Below, one piece after another: positions 8,982-17,719 of a DNA stretch of 64,000 bases. The stretch's first letter is position 1; each line of letters starts with the position of its first letter. The translations under genes were made by a program, and so were the position numbers. Source of the stretch: an uncultured virus (IMG/VR IMGVR_UViG_2579779031_000002) (lineage: Duplodnaviria; Heunggongvirae; Uroviricota; Caudoviricetes); the IMG/VR virus record IMGVR_UViG_2579779031_000002, positions 1 through 64,000 of that record; one strand, 5' to 3'. The notes beneath the pieces are model-generated. The model did no database searches. It saw only the letters and a list, made by a program, of their open reading frames with translations, and was not told where the DNA came from.

Positions 8982-10939
8982 TAGATATTCTCCGCTTCCA
9001 TTTCCATTGTTTGTACTTGGTTCAATAGCTCTGTCACAGCCGGAATAAGAAGTGGATCATTTAAGTCTTTTTCTGCTTCGTCCCGAATTTGTTCTAGTAA
9101 CTCGAGATTAACTTTAACCTGCCCTTCAATTACTGAACGATAAAGTTGATTGCCTTCATCATTTGTCTTACTAGATTGAAGATCTTCAACCTCAGTTGGA
9201 GTATTTAGTTCTTCAGGTTCATCTGTAGCTGAATTTTGAATTGGCTCTTTATTAATAAGGCGATCCGCTAAATGTTCATCTGCCCATGCTCTTGAATATT
9301 CATAAAATGCTGTTAAATATTCTGGTGAACCTTCAGCCCTATTCCAAGTTTGTAAGAACTCGCCACGGCGATCTGAAACCCACCCCATAAAGTCAATATT
9401 GTTAGAATCTTCAGGATTTTCTAAAGTGTCTAACCATGCCTGCATCATTTTGTTTTCAGCCATACCAGCTGAACGTGCTGCTAATACTTCTTCATTCCTT
9501 TTTTGGTTTGCCTCAATTTGAGCATCAATGAGTTTTTTTGATTCTAGTTCTGCTTGCTGTTGAGCTAGATCTTGTTCATCTAATTCAGATATCCATTCTT
9601 GAGCCCAAGATACTGATTCAGAATCGCCCTCTAGAGCCTTATTTATACGCTCATAGAAAGCTTTATAACGTAAGCCATCTTCACCAGCCCATTGCGGATC
9701 TGCATTCAAACGCTTTAAATCAGCTCTTAATCGTTCGGCTTCTTCATCTGAAATACTATCTGGTGAATCATCATTTAGAATGTTCTCTTTTATGATTTCT
9801 TTATTTTCTTCTGATTGCTTCGATTGCAATGAAGTTTGCAATTGATCCAAATCATTTAATAAATTGGAAATTTCCTCATTCAAAGAATTTAACTGGTTTT
9901 GTTTTTGTTCAATACGACTTTCTGCATCTGCTAAAGCTTTGGCCTTTTCTGCTTTTTTAGATTGTAAACGCTTAAAACGGTTACTGTTTTGATTAATCAA
10001 CTTCATAATTCGACCAGCGAGAACAGGAATTGAAATTCCTTCTCCTTGGTTTGGCTGAATTGCAGCTGTAATATCACGATTATTCATTAAAATCTTCCAC
10101 GAAAGTAATGAATCCGTTGGACTAATTTTTTTGGATAATCGATCTGGCTTATGAAAAAGGATTGTGAAGTTTTGACCGTCATCAAAATCATAAGTAAGCG
10201 CAATTTGAAGTACTTTTTTATGCTTGAATGGCTTACTTTCAGTAACGTTAATGACTTTAACACCAGTTTTAGAAAACTGATCCATAGAATGATGCAAGAT
10301 AGCAGACAGCTGCTCTAAATGCTGGTAATCGACAATAATAGAATCATAATGAGCTTCTTCTACTTCCAGACTAGATAATAGCGTAGGCAACCCATCAAAT
10401 TTACTTAGCAGCTGGCTATGGTCATCATTTCGCTGCATATCTAGTAGAAGTTTTGCTGTATCACCATCATGAGAAACTAAACTGATACCATCCCATTCAG
10501 GTGTTTCTGCAGCAATCACGTTCTGTAATTGCTCTAATTGCCATCTTTGAATAGGTTTAGACCCAGACAGATTAAATTGTTTGGAAGATAGGTGGCGTTT
10601 AAGTCCAAATTGATTTGTTTCAATTACATCTGTAACACAAGCATCAAACATGCGTCCAAACTGTAAGATTGCTAGTTCACCAGCATGCTGATCATCAATT
10701 GCACCCAGTATGGCAACTGAATCATAAGCTTCGATACCGCTCTTCTGCCCTTTTAAGTTAATCACTCGCCAGATGTCATTTTCCGTGTAGTCTTCAGTGA
10801 CTAAGGCATTAATTTGACGGTAATCACCTTTAATAAATCCAATTGAACAAGCGCCACTATTCACCATTGAATCAAAACCAAGTACTAATCGGCTTTGATG
10901 TGGTGCATGTGTTTGAGTAAAAATTGATTTAACACTCAC
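8981..10939 (-). CDS. darA: DarA-like defence-against-restriction virion protein
   Basis: FDDGQNFTILFHKPD...SWKILMNNRDITAAIQP (DarA_N-like), coiled coil, DarA_C-like end LYRSVIEG; GTG start with GAGGA RBS. Confidence 0.75.
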   Translation of the reverse strand: MSVKSIFTQTHAPHQSRLVLGFDSMVNSGACSIGFIKGDYRQINALVTEDYTENDIWRVINLKGQKSGIEAYDSVAILGAIDDQHAGELAILQFGRMFDACVTDVIETNQFGLKRHLSSKQFNLSGSKPIQRWQLEQLQNVIAAETPEWDGISLVSHDGDTAKLLLDMQRNDDHSQLLSKFDGLPTLLSSLEVEEAHYDSIIVDYQHLEQLSAILHHSMDQFSKTGVKVINVTESKPFKHKKVLQIALTYDFDDGQNFTILFHKPDRLSKKISPTDSLLSWKILMNNRDITAAIQPNQGEGISIPVLAGRIMKLINQNSNRFKRLQSKKAEKAKALADAESRIEQKQNQLNSLNEEISNLLNDLDQLQTSLQSKQSEENKEIIKENILNDDSPDSISDEEAERLRADLKRLNADPQWAGEDGLRYKAFYERINKALEGDSESVSWAQEWISELDEQDLAQQQAELESKKLIDAQIEANQKRNEEVLAARSAGMAENKMMQAWLDTLENPEDSNNIDFMGWVSDRRGEFLQTWNRAEGSPEYLTAFYEYSRAWADEHLADRLINKEPIQNSATDEPEELNTPTEVEDLQSSKTNDEGNQLYRSVIEGQVKVNLELLEQIRDEAEKDLNDPLLIPAVTELLNQVQTMEMEAENI

Positions 10940-10967
10940 GGAGTTATCCTCATTTTAATTTGAGGAT

Positions 10968-11008
10968 ATTTTCTCAATCTATTGAATGTAAAAAGCCAAT
11001 GAGTTCCA
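10968..11008 (-). promoter_or_regulatory. TGGAAC-N29-GAAAAT putative late promoter; hairpin covers RBS
   Basis: TGGAAC 11008-11003; TATCCTCA/TGAGGATA 10945-10968. Confidence 0.8.
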
Positions 11009-11012
11009 TAGC

Positions 11013-11666
11013 TTATTTTAAGTTTGGGAACATTTTAGTGAAATTTAAGGTGACTATTGAATGGGCTTTATTTGCTGCATCTAATGGTAAATTACCAGCT
11101 TGTAGAGATACTAAATGCTCAATTTCAAAATGATGTTGAGATCTTACAGCTTTATCAAAAGCATATATTTTCAAACGCATTAAATATTCTATAGGTGGCG
11201 GTTGTGTACCATCTTTATTAAACATTATCTGCTTTATGGCTAATGCACTATTTGCAATAGCTGCAGCTTTAGTCTCAATAAATGAGATACTTAATTCATT
11301 TGAGGCATTACTGGTTATATAGTTGAGTTGATAGTGTCCAACATGTACTGAATCTGTTTGTGCATCTAGAAGTGATACATCAACATTATTTGCTAACCAA
11401 GCAATTTTATTCGAAGGATCAAAAATTGGAATATTCGCTTGGGCAATCTTACTATTTGCCCGATAAGGTCTAATTTCTATTCCAAAATGGGCGGCTGAGA
11501 GAGTTCCTAATGCATAGAGCTCTTGATAATGAGAAACAGCTTTATCAACTGTCAATCCAGACCATAAGACAGGATTTCTTGCAAAACGTTCTTTGAAGGG
11601 GTTTAAAACATTACCAAAACTGTTATTAGACGTTTTATTCTGTGTTTCATATTCAAAAAAAGCCAT
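11013..11666 (-). CDS. Putative virion protein
   Basis: 217 aa; TAATG-coupled to portal. Confidence 0.55.
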   Translation of the reverse strand: MAFFEYETQNKTSNNSFGNVLNPFKERFARNPVLWSGLTVDKAVSHYQELYALGTLSAAHFGIEIRPYRANSKIAQANIPIFDPSNKIAWLANNVDVSLLDAQTDSVHVGHYQLNYITSNASNELSISFIETKAAAIANSALAIKQIMFNKDGTQPPPIEYLMRLKIYAFDKAVRSQHHFEIEHLVSLQAGNLPLDAANKAHSIVTLNFTKMFPNLK

Positions 11667-13201
11667 TATTCTTCATCCTCTGGAAATTTACGGCTCTTAG
11701 CAATACTTTCAGCTAATGTTAATGCTTCCTCATATTTCATACCTGTATCGCGCTCAAGAATGTACGCCATAATATCTACATCTAAATTTGATTCTTTCAA
11801 TGATGCGATTACTTGTGTTTTAAGTAATGTTGTATTCATTCTTGATTGAGCATTGTTGATTTCTTCTGTAGCTGCTGCAGTTTGGTTTGAATAATATTCG
11901 ACTTGCCAAGGGTAATCTTCAGGCTCAAATTGTTCGTTGTAAGCGAACCCCCAATCCAAATGAAGAATTTGATTAATCCCTTCGGAAGATGCTGTTCGAA
12001 TATCTTGTGACCTACGCATGATTTGTGCAGAAGTATGGAATGCTCCACCTTCTCCTATACCACCAGTTAACATATCAGCCCAACCGACCATGCTTGGATC
12101 TAGACCAATTCCGCCCATCAGCAAACGGACATTAATCATGAACTGTTCAATATTAATAGGTGAGCTTCGTTGATTCTTGATATCACCCACTGGATTTAGA
12201 ACTTGTTTTTCATCAAATACCGGAAGCATGTGAAAAGCAGTATTCCAAACTGCTTCACCACCTGATAACGCATCACGGACATAAGCCTCATGATTTTTAA
12301 GTAAACCTTCTAAACCACGGATATAGGCTTGACGTTGTGCTGGTGGCATTCCTGACATATTTACTGTCAAGAACATCTGATTTACGGTATCTGCAATTTG
12401 CTGGCTGTTCATAGATGCCAAAGCAAGGATTACATCATCATAAACATCCTCAATTTCGTAAAGGAATGAGCCGCCCAAATGCGCTGGTAAGATTGGTAGC
12501 TCATCTGGATCATCCCCCTCTAACATTTTCGTGACAAGACCAGTTTCTACAAGCTCATATTGAGCAATATTGCTCATACGGGGCATTTTGAAACGTACCA
12601 TTTGAATAGTATTCAGTTTGGTAATAGTTTTTTGCCAATTACGAGGATCTAAACAAAAAAAGGCGACAGTCTTACTGCCTTGTTCGAAAGGCTGTATTAA
12701 TGGCGGATATGTATACTCATTACATACGAGGTCAATTACACCTTTATCTTTTTTCCCATAAATACGTGCATAGGAATCACCGAAAGAAATAGCATCTCGG
12801 GCAAGTTTGCTTAAATTCTTATTGATAAGCTTTTCCATCTTTACACGGCGCTCATCTAGTTGTTTTTTTAGTTTTTCAGCTGCTGGCCCACTGGCCTTTT
12901 TCAAGCGTTCGGCAGGTGTAATAAAGACTTGTTGGCCGCTATAAGAATCTCCGCCTAATGCTGCAGAAACATGAATCCCCATCCCCTCTGCGATAGGTGC
13001 AAAGCGTAACATTCTCTCCCATTTTGTAAGAATTTCTTTTCTAGTACGTTTTTTATTGGCTTTGGTTTGATTGGTCCCAAGTGAAAATGGTGCCATGGAT
13101 TCATAAAGCTGCGCCGTAGCATCCTGATTAGAGGTATCAAATTGCTGATCATATGAATTAACATTTTCACCGAGTAACAACGATAAGAACCGAGAAGACA
13201 T
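11666..13201 (-). CDS. Portal protein (P1 Prt-like)
   Basis: 511 aa; WERM..PIAEG..IHV, FGDSYARIYG, IGLDPSMVGWAD..GGIGEGG segments recall P1-type portals. Confidence 0.75.
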   Translation of the reverse strand: MSSRFLSLLLGENVNSYDQQFDTSNQDATAQLYESMAPFSLGTNQTKANKKRTRKEILTKWERMLRFAPIAEGMGIHVSAALGGDSYSGQQVFITPAERLKKASGPAAEKLKKQLDERRVKMEKLINKNLSKLARDAISFGDSYARIYGKKDKGVIDLVCNEYTYPPLIQPFEQGSKTVAFFCLDPRNWQKTITKLNTIQMVRFKMPRMSNIAQYELVETGLVTKMLEGDDPDELPILPAHLGGSFLYEIEDVYDDVILALASMNSQQIADTVNQMFLTVNMSGMPPAQRQAYIRGLEGLLKNHEAYVRDALSGGEAVWNTAFHMLPVFDEKQVLNPVGDIKNQRSSPINIEQFMINVRLLMGGIGLDPSMVGWADMLTGGIGEGGAFHTSAQIMRRSQDIRTASSEGINQILHLDWGFAYNEQFEPEDYPWQVEYYSNQTAAATEEINNAQSRMNTTLLKTQVIASLKESNLDVDIMAYILERDTGMKYEEALTLAESIAKSRKFPEDEE

Positions 13202-13231
13202 AACTAAGCCAAAATACCAAAATAATTAAGT

Positions 13232-13272
13232 ATTTTGATGGCTACCAATTTTTAACTTTTAGATGAGTTCCA
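13232..13272 (-). promoter_or_regulatory. TGGAAC-N29-CAAAAT putative late promoter (portal)
   Basis: TGGAAC 13272-13267; ATG 13201. Confidence 0.8.
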
Positions 13273-13280
13273 AAGTGAAT

Positions 13281-13321
13281 TGGAACCGTACAGATTTAAT
13301 AAATTCAACGCATGCAATTCT
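13281..13321 (+). promoter_or_regulatory. TGGAAC-N29-AATTCT putative late promoter, divergent
   Basis: TGGAAC 13281-13286; GAGGA RBS and ATG 13362. Confidence 0.7.
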
Positions 13322-13361
13322 ATCTGCACATATTTTTTTAATCTCTTTAGAGGACATTGGC

Positions 13362-13559
13362 ATGACTGAAGGTGTAAAAGTTTTTACCGCATTGGATATC
13401 GAATTAGCTCAAAAAACTACTGATATTGTTAATAACCAACGTTATGGCAACCGTCCAGAATTTGAAACACTTACCTTAGGTTGGGATCGCAAAACTGGTG
13501 CTGTTGCAGTTAACTACACTTTTGCAGAAGAACAACAAGTTAATGATCAAACAATTTAG
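13362..13559 (+). CDS. 65-aa hypothetical protein
   Basis: RBS GAGGA, own TGGAAC promoter, hairpin downstream. Confidence 0.7.
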   Translation: MTEGVKVFTALDIELAQKTTDIVNNQRYGNRPEFETLTLGWDRKTGAVAVNYTFAEEQQVNDQTI

Positions 13560-13595
13560 CAATGCAGAAAACTTAATGATTTTTTATTGATCGTG

Positions 13596-13628
13596 AAAAG
13601 TACATAATTTAATAATTATGTACTTTTT
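13596..13628 (+). terminator. Hairpin/terminator after 65-aa gene
   Basis: AAAAGTACATAATT-N-AATTATGTACTTTT. Confidence 0.65.
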
Positions 13629-13772
13629 CTAAATATAAGTAATTAAATATAGAAAAAATAGAATTAATAAAAAATTCTTAGGACTATTTAATATTTATTA
13701 AAAGATAAAAATTATTCTAATATAAAATTAAATCGTGTAATTTATAGAAAAATATAACTTTGTGACTTTTTG

Positions 13773-16472
13773 ATGAGCACCATCCTGCCTTTAGAAAAAA
13801 ATATTATTGTAAGTGTTCCTCATGAATACACTACTCCACAAAAAGGAGCTTATTTTGAGAAATTATGTGCCCAGATCCTTCGAAAGCAGTCTTATGAAAT
13901 TACTGGTTATGAAGTTAGAAGAACAGGAATGGAGATTGACCTTGAAGCTATTCATAAACCATCTCAAAAAACCGTATATATAGAATGTAAGTTTTTTAAT
14001 GACAAAAGCTCAATTGATTCAAAAATAGTTGATTTGTGCTTTGCACAGTCTTTTAGAGGAGAGTTTGATAAAATTGCTCTATTCTCTACAGTTAAATTAG
14101 GTAAAGATGCTCAAGGTACATACGATAATTATTTAAAGAGAGGAATAGATTTTTCTTATTATGATAGTGAAGAAATTCTTTCAGCTTTAGAAGTAAGTGG
14201 ACAAGTTCCAAATATTGATACAATTAGATTCAATTCAAATGTTACTTCTGCAACTCTACTTATTCATCCAGAACTTGTTCCTGTATGGCTTTTACAAGAA
14301 AGTGAAAACGGTTCACCTACTGGATTAATCGCATATGTTTCTCCAGATAATGAAGTAAGTTTAGAACGTATTAGACAAATTCTTGATAATGAAGGAAAGT
14401 TAGAAGAATTAGATATTAAGCTTTTTGAGCAAAAAATTACACTTCCTCAAACTGAATTATCAACACCTTCGACGACAAGGGAGGTTGTTAGTGGCATTGT
14501 TTTAGCGGATGATATTATGGATCCTAAACCATGCCGACCAAAGGATTTTATCGGAAGAGATGATATACAAAAAGAAATCTGGGATTTTTTAGAGTCAGTT
14601 CGTACTCAAGAAACAGATTCTAGAATTCTTGCATTAACAGGACTTTCTGGTAATGGAAAATCTTCATTAGTTGCTAACCTTTCAGATCGTTTCACAAATA
14701 AAAAATGGAAAAACAAACTTTATCTTTATCCAGTTGATGTACGCTCTGCAAGAGGTTCACGTTTTGTCGCTGAAGCTGTAGGCAAAGCATTCAATACTGC
14801 TGTAAGTCATGGATTTATTGAATCGGATACTTCTTTTACTATTGAAAATATTGACGAAATTACAGGTGGAAAAGCCTTTCAAGAATACGCACAATTTCTT
14901 GAAAAGAATAATAAAGTTATGGTGATTTTCTTTGATCAATTCGAAGAAGTTTTTATGAAAGAAGAGCTCTTTTCCTTATTTCGTGCATTTAGAAGATTTG
15001 CTCTTGATATATCGGCTGAAAAAACAAATGTAGTAGTAGGTTTTTCTTGGAGAACGGGTATCTTTTTAGGGAATGATAATCCTGCTTATGGATTATGGTA
15101 TGACTTACGTGATCATAGAACAGAACGAAAATTAAAAACATTTGATGTAAAAGACTCCAATAAAATGATTTCTAGTTTCGAAATAGAAGCAGAAATTAAT
15201 TTAACTAAACCATTAAAAGCTAGGTTAATTCAACAAGCCCAAGGATTCCCTTGGTTTCTAAAAAAGCTTTGTATTCATTTGTTTAAGAAAATAAAAGAAG
15301 GTATTTCTCAAGAAGAACTTTTAATTAGTCAAATGCAAATAAAAAATCTCTTCGATGAAGATTTAGAGCGACCTTCAGGCGAAGTTGAATGCTTAAAATT
15401 TGTTGCTAAGAAATCACCTGTTGATAGGTATGAAGCAACTAGAGAATTTGGCGAAAATACGGTTTCGAGATTAATTGCGGATAGACTGCTTATTAAGACA
15501 GGAGAAAAAATTTCGGTATATTGGGATGTTTTTAGAGATTATCTCATCACTAATGAAACTCCAGTTATTTCTTGGGCTTTTATGCCAAACTATAGAGCTA
15601 ACATGTCTTTAAAGTTTGTTGAATTGATTAAAGATCAAGCAGCCTCTATAGATGAATTAGTGGAAAAAACTACCTATAGCAGAGGAACAATTCAAAATAT
15701 TCTTATTGATTTACTGTCTTTTGCGTTAGTGGTTAAAACTAAAGATGACAAGTACAAACTTAATTGCGAAATTGATGAGATTCCGTTAAAAGTTCGCAAT
15801 CAAATGTTAGGACATTTTATTTACCAAGAAGCTTTAGCAGCATGTAAAAATAATGAAGAGTCAATAATACTAATTGAAGATATGTCTTTAATTATTAATA
15901 AAGCTTATGCCTCAGATGAGGGGAAAACAGTTGGTCGGTATATCGCAAAAATCTTATCTTGGTTAAGATTTGCAGGTTTAATGAGCCAATTGCAGGATAA
16001 AGTTAGAGTATATGATGCAGAAAGCTATTCCCCAGATTTTGGTGAAATTACAGGTGGCAGTAGAAAAACTAGTTTATTTTTAGCTGCAAGTTCTTTTGAA
16101 AAAGCAGCAATACTACTGGACAAAATCATTTTACATAAACCAATCGATTTAGCCGAGTCAGGAATTCGTAATGTGATTGCTGATTTAGTTGCATTGGGTA
16201 TTTGTAGAAGAGTTAGCAATAATAGAATAGAGTTAACAAAGCCAAGTAATCCAGAAGTTTCTGTTGAAAAACAACTAGCGAACAAAGTTCTTGAAGCTAA
16301 TACAATAATTTTATTAGAAAAACTAATTTCTCTTTATGGTGAGGAGTTGAATGTATTAGTAGAAAAAATGTCTGTTGAATTAGGTAAAAACTGGAAACAA
16401 ACATCAGGCCAAAGATATATTAATGCTCTTCTACGTTATAGAAATTTAGCTCGTAGTAACCTACTTCATTAA
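13773..16472 (+). CDS. Mrr-like PD-(D/E)xK nuclease + nSTAND-type NTPase + C-terminal helical/wHTH region; candidate anti-phage protein
   Basis: KGAYFE, EIDLEA...YIECK; Walker A GLSGNGKS; Walker B FFDQFEE; GFPW; low GC, opposite strand. Confidence 0.8.
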   Translation: MSTILPLEKNIIVSVPHEYTTPQKGAYFEKLCAQILRKQSYEITGYEVRRTGMEIDLEAIHKPSQKTVYIECKFFNDKSSIDSKIVDLCFAQSFRGEFDKIALFSTVKLGKDAQGTYDNYLKRGIDFSYYDSEEILSALEVSGQVPNIDTIRFNSNVTSATLLIHPELVPVWLLQESENGSPTGLIAYVSPDNEVSLERIRQILDNEGKLEELDIKLFEQKITLPQTELSTPSTTREVVSGIVLADDIMDPKPCRPKDFIGRDDIQKEIWDFLESVRTQETDSRILALTGLSGNGKSSLVANLSDRFTNKKWKNKLYLYPVDVRSARGSRFVAEAVGKAFNTAVSHGFIESDTSFTIENIDEITGGKAFQEYAQFLEKNNKVMVIFFDQFEEVFMKEELFSLFRAFRRFALDISAEKTNVVVGFSWRTGIFLGNDNPAYGLWYDLRDHRTERKLKTFDVKDSNKMISSFEIEAEINLTKPLKARLIQQAQGFPWFLKKLCIHLFKKIKEGISQEELLISQMQIKNLFDEDLERPSGEVECLKFVAKKSPVDRYEATREFGENTVSRLIADRLLIKTGEKISVYWDVFRDYLITNETPVISWAFMPNYRANMSLKFVELIKDQAASIDELVEKTTYSRGTIQNILIDLLSFALVVKTKDDKYKLNCEIDEIPLKVRNQMLGHFIYQEALAACKNNEESIILIEDMSLIINKAYASDEGKTVGRYIAKILSWLRFAGLMSQLQDKVRVYDAESYSPDFGEITGGSRKTSLFLAASSFEKAAILLDKIILHKPIDLAESGIRNVIADLVALGICRRVSNNRIELTKPSNPEVSVEKQLANKVLEANTIILLEKLISLYGEELNVLVEKMSVELGKNWKQTSGQRYINALLRYRNLARSNLLH

Positions 16473-16550
16473 GATAAAGTTAGTATTATTGAATACTTGG
16501 AATTTAAAATCAGTTTTAATTAATTTAGCTGATTTTATATTCATAAGTTA

Positions 16551-17321
16551 TTAATAACCAGTAATATCAACAATTAAGTGACTATGGAATGGAGAATAAA
16601 GACTAGCAGAGGTATTCATACCATTAGCGAGTACCGTATATCCTCGAAGGATCTTACCTGAGAAAGTTGGATCATTATAAGAGTTAGTTTTTATAGCACA
16701 GTATGAATGCATATAAGAGCTCAAACCACCAGCCCCCCAATAATATTCATAATGTGCAGGACATGCTAAAGCTAATCCATATGTTTTATTAGCATTATAG
16801 TTAGGTATATCTGATAACCAAGAGCTATAGTAATTTGCACTACCCTTTAAATAAAAAGTCTCAGCCTTAACAACTTTCAATGGGTTATGAGAATTAGAAA
16901 ATACAATCTCACCTTTACCATTCTTAATCAATAATTTAGGTGAATGGCCGCTTTCTAAAAGAGTAATTAACCCAAATACATAATATGTCGCCTTTGTAAA
17001 AGGATAAGTATTCTTATATTTAAATCCACCTTGATCGTCTAAAGTGTCAAAAATAACAGTTATTTTCCAATTGTTTGTTGAGGTTTCTTCATATCTGACT
17101 TGCATCACAGACACACCTGTAAACACCACAATTGGTCTTTGTAAAGATGATACATTCAAAACATGACACTTAACATAACCAGATACAGATAGCACTGCAG
17201 GAGGTAGTGGATCTGAAGAGGCTACTTCCCTAACAAACTTATTGATAAGGTGAAAGTTTCTGTAGCTATCGTCAATTATTGTCACTTTATTATCATTAAG
17301 AATTTTGATGTATTCAGCCAT
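16551..17321 (-). CDS. Tail-tip associated protein
   Basis: Coupled downstream of giant fibre; LLIKNGKGEIVFSNSHNPLKV motif typical of such genes. Confidence 0.6.
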   Translation of the reverse strand: MAEYIKILNDNKVTIIDDSYRNFHLINKFVREVASSDPLPPAVLSVSGYVKCHVLNVSSLQRPIVVFTGVSVMQVRYEETSTNNWKITVIFDTLDDQGGFKYKNTYPFTKATYYVFGLITLLESGHSPKLLIKNGKGEIVFSNSHNPLKVVKAETFYLKGSANYYSSWLSDIPNYNANKTYGLALACPAHYEYYWGAGGLSSYMHSYCAIKTNSYNDPTFSGKILRGYTVLANGMNTSASLYSPFHSHLIVDITGY

Positions 17322-17719
17322 TAGCATTTACCTAAATGAATACTAATTGTTTGCTGAAAAGCTATGTTGTAATAAGCTCTACAATCATAAATTAATAAAT
17401 AAGTGGATGTATCATCCATTTGATTGAGAAGAGAATCACCCAGAATAGCCTCACTAGCCATAGCTTTAGTCAAAATAGCACATCCCATTCCATTCGAATA
17501 AGACTCAACCACTGCACTATTTGCTGATAAAACTTCACCAGATGCTACATAAGCCCACCATCTTGGATGATTTTCAGCTGTATCAAGTTTACGTACAATT
17601 GCGTCCATTGCTGAACCTTTTGGTAGGACTACATTTAACGTTTCTGTATACATACTAAGATTAGATGTTAGATCAAGGACCACGTTGCCACCGAGGTCCC
17701 TTAATAAGAATGTAGCCAT
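17321..17719 (-). CDS. Small tail-tip associated protein
   Basis: RDLGGNVVLDLT N-terminus; abuts fibre stop. Confidence 0.6.
   Translation of the reverse strand: MATFLLRDLGGNVVLDLTSNLSMYTETLNVVLPKGSAMDAIVRKLDTAENHPRWWAYVASGEVLSANSAVVESYSNGMGCAILTKAMASEAILGDSLLNQMDDTSTYLLIYDCRAYYNIAFQQTISIHLGKC

Noticed and set aside
3564..16472. MTase and nuclease-NTPase as a classical RM pair
   Set aside because: Opposite strands, different GC and promoters, over 6 kb apart; the MTase is part of a late DarB-like protein
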